Virus record (IMG/VR): IMGVR_UViG_3300022752_000015
Span: 124,001 to 188,000 of that record
Strand: one strand, 5' to 3'
Length of the DNA stretch: 64,000 bases
Numbering within the stretch: position 1 is the first letter of the stretch; each line of letters starts with the position of its first letter. Both the position numbers and the translations under genes were made by a program. Shown here piece after piece: positions 9,343 to 18,196 of the stretch. The notes beneath the pieces are model-generated. The model was not told the origin of the DNA. It saw nothing but the letters and a program-made list of their open reading frames with translations, and searched no databases.

Positions 9343-11853
9343 TTACTTTTTATTAGCAGCCTCGGCCTCGGCTTTTTTAGCAGCTTCAGCTTTATATTTT
9401 TTAGCGCCGAGAGTTGGAAAACACTTATACACACGTTCAAAGTCGCCACCGTTGTATTCAATGCGTCGTCTCCAAAGAAAAGCCGTCAATTCATCTTGAG
9501 CAGCTGCCGCAATCCCAGCTTCAGGATTTTCTTGACTATTCTCTTTCTCATCTAACATTAATTCAGCTCTCGCTATGTAATCTATTCTTCTAGTTTCGTT
9601 ATATGCCATACGTTGACCGTTCGACAAGATAATCTCTTCAGAACCTAACGAAAATCCGTTGACGGCGTCACGACCACCCAGATTTCTATTTACTCGTAAG
9701 ATCCCAGTGGGTTTACCGACCTTTAAATCTTCGGTAATATCTTGCGTCGAAAAGTTGACTTGCTTTTTTACTTTTTGACCATTTTCTATGACGGTCACGT
9801 CGCGAGGAGGATCATAATATCCCGTAATTTGTCTAACCTTATCTCCAACTACGAAGCGAGTTCCTACAGGAAATAAGGCTTGCTGCCAACCAGGAATTAT
9901 ATTTTTTTCATAAGGAAATCTAACAATAGTACTATAATCTCCTAAATTTACATCCGCTTTGTTGTCCGGATCGACTTGTCCTCCATCAATCGTGATAAAA
10001 GGTTCTTTGAGTTTTCTGTTTTCAATCAGCTCAAACCCTGCAGCACGGGGTTCTTCTAACACTGAAACGTGGTCGTTGTTTGCTTTTCCTATGACGTATA
10101 TTAGATCTCCTGGTTTTAATGCTGGAAAATCGGGACAATCAGGATGGTTTCTTTTAGCTATTGCCAATAGCTCACGACTTCCTATGTAGGGTCTTTGATT
10201 AAATGGTTTTAAATACTGTGATAGAAGATTTGCATTGTTAACCGGTTTTGCTCTATACCCGCCTGTTCCGTCTGGGACTATTTCTACTTCTAATCCGCCG
10301 ATCGTGTTAATCGCAACGCTGTTAATAGCGTCCTCATCCTGAGCCGCATTAACATTTGCAAATATTTTTTGCATAATATCGTAAAGTTCTACATTAAAAG
10401 TCCCATCGTCTTTCAACCATTTGTAATTTCTCAATACGAAAGACATTTTTAGACCTGCTGGGGCTGTCGACGTTGGGTACAAGGACGTAAAAAATCCTGC
10501 GTTGAATCCTCCTGCATAGTAGCAAGATCTTGCAAACAAAGCGCAGGAAGATTGTTCTAACGATAAACTTTTAGCATATTGATATTGACCGTTAGCGTTC
10601 TCAACAGGAGCAAATTTAGAATAATCCGACGACCAATCTGTAATTTCTTTTACGTTAATTCTTTTTGTTTCTTGCGCTTCTGGATCAATGGGTTCACCTA
10701 TCAGGTTCACGGTTCCATCATTCATCTGAGCTAGCGCAGCTTCTGCAAAATACAGAGAAGATATGTAGGGTTCTCCGTCATTTTGTCCTGCGCTTACTCC
10801 GGCAAGGCTGCGAGCATAACGACGAACCCTTTCTGACGGTGTGTCTGGTCCTTTCTTCGCGGGTTTCTTTTTAACGACATCATACCCTGAGATTTGCTGG
10901 TTGATAGCGCAACCTGCGCTTCCTGGTGCCATACCAATCGTTGAGGCAAAAGCAGCATTTAACAAACATTCGGCTGTTTTTCTCGCCAACACCACTGTTG
11001 CTGCAGCCTGAACAGAAGACGTGGGTTTAATGTTACCAAAAATACCAGAGTCTCTCACCATGCCGCATATTTCTGCTAATATCGCTTTTATATCTCCTAA
11101 TTTAGGCAAAAAACCAGGTATCTTCGCGATCATCTCAACCAACAAGTTAGGAATGCCTGTAACTAAAGCAACCTGTAAATCCACAAAGTCTAAAAATGCC
11201 TCAAGCGGATTCGGAATTCCAGGAATTGGAGGAATCTCTAAGCCTGGTATAGGAGGGAGAGCTGGTAATTCCGGGATTGGAGGGCTAGGTATTCCAGGAA
11301 TTGGCGGCGGAAAAGGTACATCAGGCGGCAAAGGTAATGAAGGTATTGATGGGACCTTGACTAGTTCAAGGAGCTTTGGTACCAATAAAACTGGAGGGAA
11401 AAAATCTGGGACTCCTGCTGCTAACAAATCTATGGCAAACTTGGGAACAAGCAATCCTGTAAAATACGGTATAAAACCGCTAGGGAATGATAATTCTGGC
11501 ATTTCAATGCCAAAAGATCCAGCTAGTGCTATGGGGTCAGCCAAGGCAGGTAATAAGCTGAAGGTCGACTCTAGATTGAGAGACTTGGCTATCTTTTCAT
11601 ACTGACCTTTCACTGTGTTCTTGTGAAAATCTGAAAAGATTGACTCGACTTCTAAATTAAATGCCTGCGGATCCATATTCGGATTCGGTGGAATAGGATC
11701 GCCACAGGGAAAAGGGGATGGTATAGTGAGGTTCTCTGATCCATTTATGACAATGTCCTTGACCTCTTCTATGAATTTGTTTTTTGCTTTTTCAGTCAAA
11801 GTCAAGTCATCTTCTTTTAAGATGCCAGCAGCAACTTGACAACCCATTCCCAT
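9343..11853 (-). CDS. Proline-rich virion protein with putative CHAP/NlpC-P60-like amidase domain
   Basis: 836 aa; Pro-rich PIPG repeats in the N-terminal part; SSCALFARSCY...LKPGDLIYV...DHVSVL...ITIDGGQ resembles the CHAP C...PGD...H...TIEGN motif series; lies between the gp5-like and gp25-like genes. Confidence 0.5.
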   Translation of the reverse strand: MGMGCQVAAGILKEDDLTLTEKAKNKFIEEVKDIVINGSENLTIPSPFPCGDPIPPNPNMDPQAFNLEVESIFSDFHKNTVKGQYEKIAKSLNLESTFSLLPALADPIALAGSFGIEMPELSFPSGFIPYFTGLLVPKFAIDLLAAGVPDFFPPVLLVPKLLELVKVPSIPSLPLPPDVPFPPPIPGIPSPPIPELPALPPIPGLEIPPIPGIPNPLEAFLDFVDLQVALVTGIPNLLVEMIAKIPGFLPKLGDIKAILAEICGMVRDSGIFGNIKPTSSVQAAATVVLARKTAECLLNAAFASTIGMAPGSAGCAINQQISGYDVVKKKPAKKGPDTPSERVRRYARSLAGVSAGQNDGEPYISSLYFAEAALAQMNDGTVNLIGEPIDPEAQETKRINVKEITDWSSDYSKFAPVENANGQYQYAKSLSLEQSSCALFARSCYYAGGFNAGFFTSLYPTSTAPAGLKMSFVLRNYKWLKDDGTFNVELYDIMQKIFANVNAAQDEDAINSVAINTIGGLEVEIVPDGTGGYRAKPVNNANLLSQYLKPFNQRPYIGSRELLAIAKRNHPDCPDFPALKPGDLIYVIGKANNDHVSVLEEPRAAGFELIENRKLKEPFITIDGGQVDPDNKADVNLGDYSTIVRFPYEKNIIPGWQQALFPVGTRFVVGDKVRQITGYYDPPRDVTVIENGQKVKKQVNFSTQDITEDLKVGKPTGILRVNRNLGGRDAVNGFSLGSEEIILSNGQRMAYNETRRIDYIARAELMLDEKENSQENPEAGIAAAAQDELTAFLWRRRIEYNGGDFERVYKCFPTLGAKKYKAEAAKKAEAEAANKK
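11205..11356 (-). repeat. Low-complexity Pro-rich coding repeat (PPIPG-like units)
   Basis: Encodes VPSIPSLPLPPDVPFPPPIPGIPSPPIPELPALPPIPGLEIPPIPGIPNP; recurring ggaattgg/ccaggaat words on the plus strand. Confidence 0.7.
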
Positions 11854-11862
11854 GTTAAGACC

Positions 11863-13428
11863 TCACTTAATTAGTACTTTGTTTGCATAGGTTCCTAAAG
11901 AAGGTGCGATAGCCCCTAGGTTACCGGCTGAATTTGCACTCTTTGCTCCTGCAAATTGACCACCCATGGTCGTCAGCAACGGTCCTCCCACGATGCCACC
12001 TCCCGTAGGTGTTACAGGAAAATCTGAACAAACTATTCCTCTATTTGCGTCATCTCCTCCTAACTTTATATAACCTAGCTTGGAAGGAGTAAACACTATG
12101 TCACCATTAGATTTTATAGTGATAGATGCGTATTTCGTAGAGTCATCACTCTCATCTTTTATCGGGTTCCCGTTAGCATCTTCATCATTAGAAAATCCTT
12201 TCACCAACAACTGAATGTCAGATCTGGCCACTATTCTAACTTTATCAGTTTTTAGAACTATAGCAGCATCTCCTTCTACGTTATCTCCAGTTGCAGGACC
12301 AAAGTTGGATTTGTTATACAAGTTCAATCCTAAAGCTGCATCAGGCGATGTTCTTTGAGAAATCATGATGCGGCTGCGGTCATTACGCGTGTCAGGATCA
12401 CCTTCAAGAGGCTCTAGATTTGTTATAAATTTATCTAACTCTTGTTCTCCTAAATCATTATTTACGATTTTTCCTGATGTCCCTTGTTCGTTCTTTACGA
12501 TTTCTTCATCAGCAGATTTTTTTCCTGATCCTCGGCCGACGACTATGTCTATTGCTCCCGCTGCAGTTTCAGCAGAAAAATTTCCTGAAGACAAAGGGTT
12601 AGGTCCATAGTTTTCGAACCTATCTCTGCCCAACACAATTAGAGAATTATTGCTTCCTTCAAGGGCTAAATCTCCTGGTCTCTTCTTGAAACGAGGAATT
12701 GGTTCTCTTACCTCTAGTGACGCGGCATTAGAATTTAAAATAATGTTCTCGTAAGCATTTGCGAAATCTTGTTTTGTCAAAATATATTGACTGTCCGCAT
12801 TTACGATTTGATCAGGTTCTTCATTTTCGTTTAAAACGTTGATAAAAATTCCGTTCTTAAAATGAAAACGAGGTTTGGTAGGTTCCTGAAGTTCATTTAT
12901 TACTTGGATTGTTTCAGGAGAAAACGTAGGATTAAAACTGTTATCGTACTCTCGAGGAGCATGACTGTGGTTGACATCATCTATGTGTTGTGAACCGACG
13001 ATTCGGCATATCCAATAGCCTATGCTTTTCTTCTCAGTCAAAGATTCAAAAACAACCCAGACATGCTCACCTGCCTTACATGGAATGGCTAAGTGAGATG
13101 GGAAAAAAGGATACAATATCATCGTTGTAGCTGCATCAGCTCGATTTGCCAAAACGTCTGATAAAACAGGCTTAGCAATAATCGAATTACGAGGCATAGA
13201 TCTAGAAAATTCAAAGTTTGTCAACTCGCCGTAGGCACTTTGAATCGAATCTAATGATTCAGTCGTCAATTCAGAAGGAGAATTAAAAACTTCAAGAACT
13301 ACAAACTTTTGGAAAACAGGGAATAGGCTAATGTCGCTGTTAGAAAACTCATTATAAGCAGCACGAATTGCAGAGTTAGTCTTAAAGGTACCTTCAGCTA
13401 TCTCAGATTGTAATCTGGAATTACCCAT
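11863..13428 (-). CDS. Baseplate hub/central spike protein (gp5/VgrG-like OB-fold)
   Basis: 521 aa; YPFFPSHLAIPCKAGEHVWVVFE (gp5 OB-fold-like P..GE.V.V.F), RPGDLALEGSNNSLIVLG and short beta-repeat-like AIVLKTDKVRIVARSDI / SITIKSNGDIVF segments; position upstream of the gp25/gp6-like genes. Confidence 0.6.
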   Translation of the reverse strand: MGNSRLQSEIAEGTFKTNSAIRAAYNEFSNSDISLFPVFQKFVVLEVFNSPSELTTESLDSIQSAYGELTNFEFSRSMPRNSIIAKPVLSDVLANRADAATTMILYPFFPSHLAIPCKAGEHVWVVFESLTEKKSIGYWICRIVGSQHIDDVNHSHAPREYDNSFNPTFSPETIQVINELQEPTKPRFHFKNGIFINVLNENEEPDQIVNADSQYILTKQDFANAYENIILNSNAASLEVREPIPRFKKRPGDLALEGSNNSLIVLGRDRFENYGPNPLSSGNFSAETAAGAIDIVVGRGSGKKSADEEIVKNEQGTSGKIVNNDLGEQELDKFITNLEPLEGDPDTRNDRSRIMISQRTSPDAALGLNLYNKSNFGPATGDNVEGDAAIVLKTDKVRIVARSDIQLLVKGFSNDEDANGNPIKDESDDSTKYASITIKSNGDIVFTPSKLGYIKLGGDDANRGIVCSDFPVTPTGGGIVGGPLLTTMGGQFAGAKSANSAGNLGAIAPSLGTYANKVLIK

Positions 13429-13431
13429 TCT

Positions 13432-13803
13432 TCAGTTGTCCCTTATTTTACTAAACACTTCATCAGGATCTATGGTCTCAGAAGCTGTCTCAGCCTTTGC
13501 TACGAGTTCAGCTAGCTTGATAAGCTGATCGTTCGCCTTGCTCATTCTTTCAATGTATGACGAAATGTTTCTTCCATGCACTGCATGTTCTGTGCTCTTA
13601 TCATGCACAATCATCACCAATTTTGTGAACATTATGTACGCATTTTGTCGATCACAAATGGCGTTTTCGTATATCTCTTTCCATAGTTGCTTTTTCTTAT
13701 CAGTCAAAGATTCTATTTGATTTAGTAGCGTGCTAAAATCTTTTACTTTTTCCTGTATGGTCTTGTCGCTCAACTCCAAAGCATCATGTAGATCTGTAGT
13801 CAT
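13432..13803 (-). CDS. Hypothetical helical protein
   Basis: 123-aa all-helical-looking ORF between the sigma-like gene and the baseplate hub. Confidence 0.55.
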   Translation of the reverse strand: MTTDLHDALELSDKTIQEKVKDFSTLLNQIESLTDKKKQLWKEIYENAICDRQNAYIMFTKLVMIVHDKSTEHAVHGRNISSYIERMSKANDQLIKLAELVAKAETASETIDPDEVFSKIRDN

Positions 13804-13811
13804 AATTGAAA

Positions 13812-14597
13812 TTATTCGAAGATATCGTTTAAGGAATTAAATTTTAGCTTGTTATAATGCTTTTTTATCGATTGTATTGATGTCGTCAGTTGTTTAGGGC
13901 TTAAACCTGATAACTCACGCATGTAAATAAAAATTGCGCTTTTATTCAATATGTCAATATCATCAATATTTTCAAAGATTGTTATAACCGAATTGATACA
14001 TGCTAGTTCATTCTCAACTTTTACCTTGGCGCGGATATCATACAACATCTTAAGTATCTTAGCGGTATATGCGGCCTTATCCAGATCATGATCTTGAGAA
14101 GGTACCATGTTGTACTCTTCTATTATTTGTATTTCACTGTTTGAAAGCATCTCGACATCGCTCAAACTAACCATTCTCTTTGTTTTTTGAGCTTTTTGTT
14201 TCGTTTTTATGATCAACCAGTTCTTTGCGACAACGTTAAAGTAAGAAAATGCATTGGTACCCATTGATTGGTTGAACTTATGAATTGTTTCAAACAAAAA
14301 ATTTACGCAATCACTCTTTAAGTCCTCATAAGAATCATACATGCTGCTAAACTTATGAATGTTAATAAGGTTTTCAACCAGCTTTTCAAAAGCTGGCATT
14401 ATTTCATCTACATACAATCTTTCTCTTTCAATCTTATCCACCGAACTTTGAAACTTGCAGATAGCTTCTTGAGTGTTGGAAGTGAAATAAAATTTAGGAT
14501 TTTGTTGCGTTCCTTCTTCATTGGGTGAATCAGTTTGCGCACTTTTTCTCTTTTTTCTAGTTTTTTTTGTTTTTGTTTCTTCCACAATTTTACTCAT
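13812..14597 (-). CDS. Phage sigma factor, T4 gp55-like (late transcription)
   Basis: 261 aa; YFT...FEKLVENLI...YEDLKSDCVNFLFETIHKFN...NAFSYFNVVAKNWL resembles sigma region 2 as in gp55 (NPFAYFT-like); C-terminal HTH-like AIFIYMRELSGLSPKQLT. Confidence 0.7.
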   Translation of the reverse strand: MSKIVEETKTKKTRKKRKSAQTDSPNEEGTQQNPKFYFTSNTQEAICKFQSSVDKIERERLYVDEIMPAFEKLVENLINIHKFSSMYDSYEDLKSDCVNFLFETIHKFNQSMGTNAFSYFNVVAKNWLIIKTKQKAQKTKRMVSLSDVEMLSNSEIQIIEEYNMVPSQDHDLDKAAYTAKILKMLYDIRAKVKVENELACINSVITIFENIDDIDILNKSAIFIYMRELSGLSPKQLTTSIQSIKKHYNKLKFNSLNDIFE

Positions 14598-14883
14598 TGT
14601 TCGGTTGTAATTTTTCGTTTACTATGTTGTTAGCTACTAAAAGCATGGCATCGCGGGCGTTCTTTGCGCTTTGTACTAATTCGACAGCAATTGGATCATC
14701 AAATGCAACTGGTGTTTCTAACAACTTTGTCATTCTTCCATAAGAAAAATCAAGCACGTCTAAAGATTCTTCAATTCTTTCAGTCAAATCTTCAAACTGT
14801 TCTAACGTCTGCATGTGCCTCTTTACTAAGAGAAACAAACATGAAAATGTTAAAAGATTAGAAAATATCAAAAAATAAATCAT
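14590..14883 (-). CDS. Small membrane-anchored coiled-coil protein
   Basis: 97 aa; hydrophobic N-terminus MIYFLIFSNLLTFSCLFLLV followed by a heptad-like helix; overlaps both neighbours. Confidence 0.55.
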   Translation of the reverse strand: MIYFLIFSNLLTFSCLFLLVKRHMQTLEQFEDLTERIEESLDVLDFSYGRMTKLLETPVAFDDPIAVELVQSAKNARDAMLLVANNIVNEKLQPNNE

Positions 14884-16040
14884 TTTAAGAAATGTCCTAA
14901 TTGATCATCATAAATTTTCGCAACTTCTGAAAACCGATATTTCTCTTTAATCACATTAGCTCCTTCTAATGCCCATTCTTTAGGCAAAGTAGGAGATGAT
15001 CTAAACTTTGCAATTTTTTTCTTAAAATCTGACTCTAGGGGTTCAGCCCATTTAGCTCCTGCTACAAAGATCTTATCATCTATGCGCGACGGATGGACTG
15101 GGACGATCTTACTATCAATCTTAGTAAATTTGGTGTGCTTCAAAAAATCTAAGTGTCCTGACCAATTTGTAGCAATGACTGGTAATCCAGAAGCGGCGGC
15201 TTCTAAAATTGGTAATCCATATCCTTCTCCCCTAGTCAAAGTTACCAAAGCTTTAATTTTAGGATTCGTGTAAAGACCAGCTACATCTTTATTACTTAGT
15301 TCGCCATGCAAAAGATGTAATTTAGGATATGGACCTTTTCTAACTTCAGATAAAACATTTTTTAGAATCTTAATGATAAGATTTCTATCAATTTTAGTAT
15401 TTCTTCCTGAATTAGTCTTTAGAACTATTCCAACATCAGGATCATCCTTAAAAACTTCGCACAACCATTTAATGGTAAACAGAATATTCTTTCGATCATT
15501 GTGCGGGTTATTTCCTGTAAGTTGTCCGAACACTAAAAAATTAAATTTGGTGTCAACTTCTGGCAAATCTAAACTGTGATCATTACCTAATATTTCTTCG
15601 CAAAAAGATTCTGGTATTACGTGAACTGGTTTTATTACTTCGCCTATTGAAGTAATGCTTTCTTTTGCATGATTAGAAGGAAAAACAACTGCATCCATGC
15701 TGTTACAAGCGGTTACCCAAGACGTATGAGCCTTGTCTGTTTCTACTGATGCTGTCAAACCTACGTTTTTTGAAGATAATTTTGGATCCCATTCGTTAGG
15801 AAGCTGAAGTTGAAAAGAAACGTCTGCCTTGTAATCAGGACCAACCGTTCTTTCCATTATTTTTCCGACCAATCCATCATCAAAATCTTTATCTAAAATC
15901 CATGGAGTATCTCCCCAAGGAGTTGCCATAAATTTCACGGAAATATCAGGTTGATTAATTAACCACTTTGCTACCTGTCTACTATGAACTCCGTATCCAG
16001 ATTGCGTCATCACAGGACCCCTGAGAACTACAGTTTTCAT
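14880..16040 (-). CDS. Glycosyltransferase, GT4 family (GT-B)
   Basis: RGPVMTQSGYG...DRKN...GEGYGLPILEAAASGLPVIATNWSGHLDF (EX7E motif); start moved to ATG 16040 (ATGA overlap with upstream stop). Confidence 0.85.
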   Translation of the reverse strand: MKTVVLRGPVMTQSGYGVHSRQVAKWLINQPDISVKFMATPWGDTPWILDKDFDDGLVGKIMERTVGPDYKADVSFQLQLPNEWDPKLSSKNVGLTASVETDKAHTSWVTACNSMDAVVFPSNHAKESITSIGEVIKPVHVIPESFCEEILGNDHSLDLPEVDTKFNFLVFGQLTGNNPHNDRKNILFTIKWLCEVFKDDPDVGIVLKTNSGRNTKIDRNLIIKILKNVLSEVRKGPYPKLHLLHGELSNKDVAGLYTNPKIKALVTLTRGEGYGLPILEAAASGLPVIATNWSGHLDFLKHTKFTKIDSKIVPVHPSRIDDKIFVAGAKWAEPLESDFKKKIAKFRSSPTLPKEWALEGANVIKEKYRFSEVAKIYDDQLGHFLK

Positions 16041-17281
16041 AGAGAATTTACCTCCCAAGCTTTTCTTTGGTCTTTCCAAGTTTCAATCAGTTTCATCAAT
16101 GAAATATCCCAATCAGAAACAATCTTCTTTAGATCATAATCTTTGTGAGCGTGTTCTAATGCTCTCATTCCGACTTGCTTTCTCTTATCAGGACCCCATT
16201 CATACATTTCTAAAAATGCATTTGCTAATTTTTCATGAGTAACTAAATCTTCGTAAATGAAAGGTACCATTTGATTGCCAACCAAAGATTTAACGTCAGG
16301 TTCTAATGCAATCCCATATTGTTCACCAGTCTCTAGATCTTCAACTTGTCTAGTTAACCCGCCGGTTTTAATAGCAATAATGGGCTTTCCACACATCATA
16401 GCTTCTAAAGTGGGTAAACCAAATCCTTCATTAGAACTTCTATTAACGATTGTATCGCATGCCGAATAAACTTCTCTCATTTCATCGAAATCAACTCTCT
16501 TTTTAGAGAATTTTACATGATCTTCAATCTGAAGCATCTCTATGACATGATAAAGATTAGGACCTTCATGATCAAGAGGATCTGTATGCATCAAAAGCGT
16601 AGCTTTTTTATGACCATGCTTTTCTTGCAAAGCATCTAAAAATTGCTTCCAAGACACTAAAATATCACTTGGCATTTTTCTTCTAGCATTTCTAGAGACA
16701 TAAAGAGCCACAAAGTGATCTGCTCTATCGGAACCTAAAATCTTAACTTTATTTTTTCTAGAATTATCTTCAGATAAAGGATAATAGATTTCTTTTGGAA
16801 CTCCATGAGGAATATAGTTGGTTTTTTCTGGAAATCTTTCCTTAACCATTTGATAGGTGGGCCAATTTATACAATTGACTAAATCAGTAGATTCATATAG
16901 CACTTTATTGAATTCTGGCCAAGGACCGTTATCCCATAGATGATTGTATGCGATTGGACATATTTGATGTATTTCATCCTCCATTTCCCAAACCCAAATA
17001 AAAAATCTAGGATCGGTAAATAGCATTAGAGCGTCTGGTCGTTCAGTCGCAAGGACTTGTCGCAAAAGATTTCTGTCACCAAATCCGTTAGTCGGTTTGA
17101 TAATGAAATCTTCATTTACTACAATCGTTCTATAGTCTTCATGCTTCATTGCACCACCAAAGCACTTAAACTTATATTTCCCTGTAGAAATTAGTCCATT
17201 AATCAACCATCTAGCTTGAGTTCCTACTCCGCTCGTAGAAAGTGGGTGATCTGAAAGTAACAATATTGTCTTTTTCTGCAT
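16037..17281 (-). CDS. Glycosyltransferase, GT4 family (GT-B)
   Basis: LSDHPLSTSGVG...VSRNARRK...NEGFGLPTLEAMMCGKPIIA (EX7E motif). Confidence 0.85.
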   Translation of the reverse strand: MQKKTILLLSDHPLSTSGVGTQARWLINGLISTGKYKFKCFGGAMKHEDYRTIVVNEDFIIKPTNGFGDRNLLRQVLATERPDALMLFTDPRFFIWVWEMEDEIHQICPIAYNHLWDNGPWPEFNKVLYESTDLVNCINWPTYQMVKERFPEKTNYIPHGVPKEIYYPLSEDNSRKNKVKILGSDRADHFVALYVSRNARRKMPSDILVSWKQFLDALQEKHGHKKATLLMHTDPLDHEGPNLYHVIEMLQIEDHVKFSKKRVDFDEMREVYSACDTIVNRSSNEGFGLPTLEAMMCGKPIIAIKTGGLTRQVEDLETGEQYGIALEPDVKSLVGNQMVPFIYEDLVTHEKLANAFLEMYEWGPDKRKQVGMRALEHAHKDYDLKKIVSDWDISLMKLIETWKDQRKAWEVNSL

Positions 17282-17341
17282 CAACGATATATTACCTACT
17301 TTTCAAAAGTTGTAATAAAAATTCATCAAACTAACAAAAAA

Positions 17342-18160
17342 TTATGTGCAATGCTCAGTGCCTTTATACTCACAGTATGTGCATGCATCTCTATTTTTGA
17401 TGGCAATGCCTCGTTTGACGGAAGTCAACATGTTTCCAACAACCTTAAGAGATTTCTTAATTGGTACCTCACCAAGAGAAACAGAAAATAACTCGCAATG
17501 TTCTCCTGGTTTTGCTGACTTTTTCAAAAGCACAAAACCGCATCTAACATCCTTGAATGGAACATTAGGATTTTTTTGGCACCAATAGTTTTTGTAAAGA
17601 GCCAGCTGGGCTTTTACCATGTCGTCTGATCTTTTTTCTCGAAACCACCCTCTTATAGTAGTTTTCCAATCGAGAATCCAATAGACTGTTTCTCCTCTTT
17701 TACCCTTGGCTTTAATGACTCCATCAATAAAACCTTTGAATGCATGAGGATGACCTTCAACGGCTTCATAAAGTTGATGCTCTGCATCAACGACTTGCCA
17801 TTCAGGAAACTCTTTATCTAAAAATGCAGGAACCTCAGATAGAATTTGAGATACTTCAACCTTAGCTTTCTCTAAAGCAGATTTAGAAAAATCAGGATTG
17901 TCTTCATGCTTCTTCCAAGCATTGTCTAGATGACTAAACGCGACCTGCTGATCCATCTCTCGAGTCAACAGATATTTTTCGCAAGATGCATGGACAGCGG
18001 TTCCAAAGTCTAAAACAGGAGAAGGTTTAGACAAATCAATCTTTTTAATATGAATTAGATGATGTCTAAAAGAACATTCCTTCCATAACTTTACCTCAGA
18101 AAAAGAAACGTGCGGTTTTCCAGTAGGTAAAGTTTGGAAGGAACTATTATTTTCTTGCAT
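17342..18160 (-). CDS. Cas4/AddB-like PD-(D/E)XK nuclease with 4-Cys Fe-S motif
   Basis: HVSFSEV...C...FGTAVH...AEHQL...FKGFIDGV...ILDWKT...QLALY...CTYCEYKGTEHC. Confidence 0.8.
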   Translation of the reverse strand: MQENNSSFQTLPTGKPHVSFSEVKLWKECSFRHHLIHIKKIDLSKPSPVLDFGTAVHASCEKYLLTREMDQQVAFSHLDNAWKKHEDNPDFSKSALEKAKVEVSQILSEVPAFLDKEFPEWQVVDAEHQLYEAVEGHPHAFKGFIDGVIKAKGKRGETVYWILDWKTTIRGWFREKRSDDMVKAQLALYKNYWCQKNPNVPFKDVRCGFVLLKKSAKPGEHCELFSVSLGEVPIKKSLKVVGNMLTSVKRGIAIKNRDACTYCEYKGTEHCT

Positions 18161-18196
18161 TGTTATAAGGTAATTTACATTACCTTATTAGTTCAA
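18161..18196 (-). promoter_or_regulatory. Sigma70-like promoter, leaderless type, overlapped by a perfect 10-bp inverted repeat
   Basis: TTGAAC-N18-TACCTT-N6-ATG(18160); IR ataaggtaat-ttac-attaccttat at 18165-18188. Confidence 0.55.

Noticed and set aside
11021-11605. 194-aa Gly-rich plus-strand ORF
   Set aside because: Antisense shadow of the Pro-rich repeat in 9343..11853 (CCN codons read as GGN); the other short antisense or nested ORFs in the track were dismissed for the same reason
1883-13428. Tailocin/eCIS/T6SS locus in a bacterial genome
   Set aside because: Terminase, gp4-like, primase, gp55-like and Mre11-Rad50 genes and the absence of bacterial housekeeping operons indicate a true phage
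17342-18160. CRISPR-Cas locus suggested by the Cas4-like gene
   Set aside because: No repeat-spacer array and no cas1/cas2/effector genes seen; intergenic gaps are too short to hold an array
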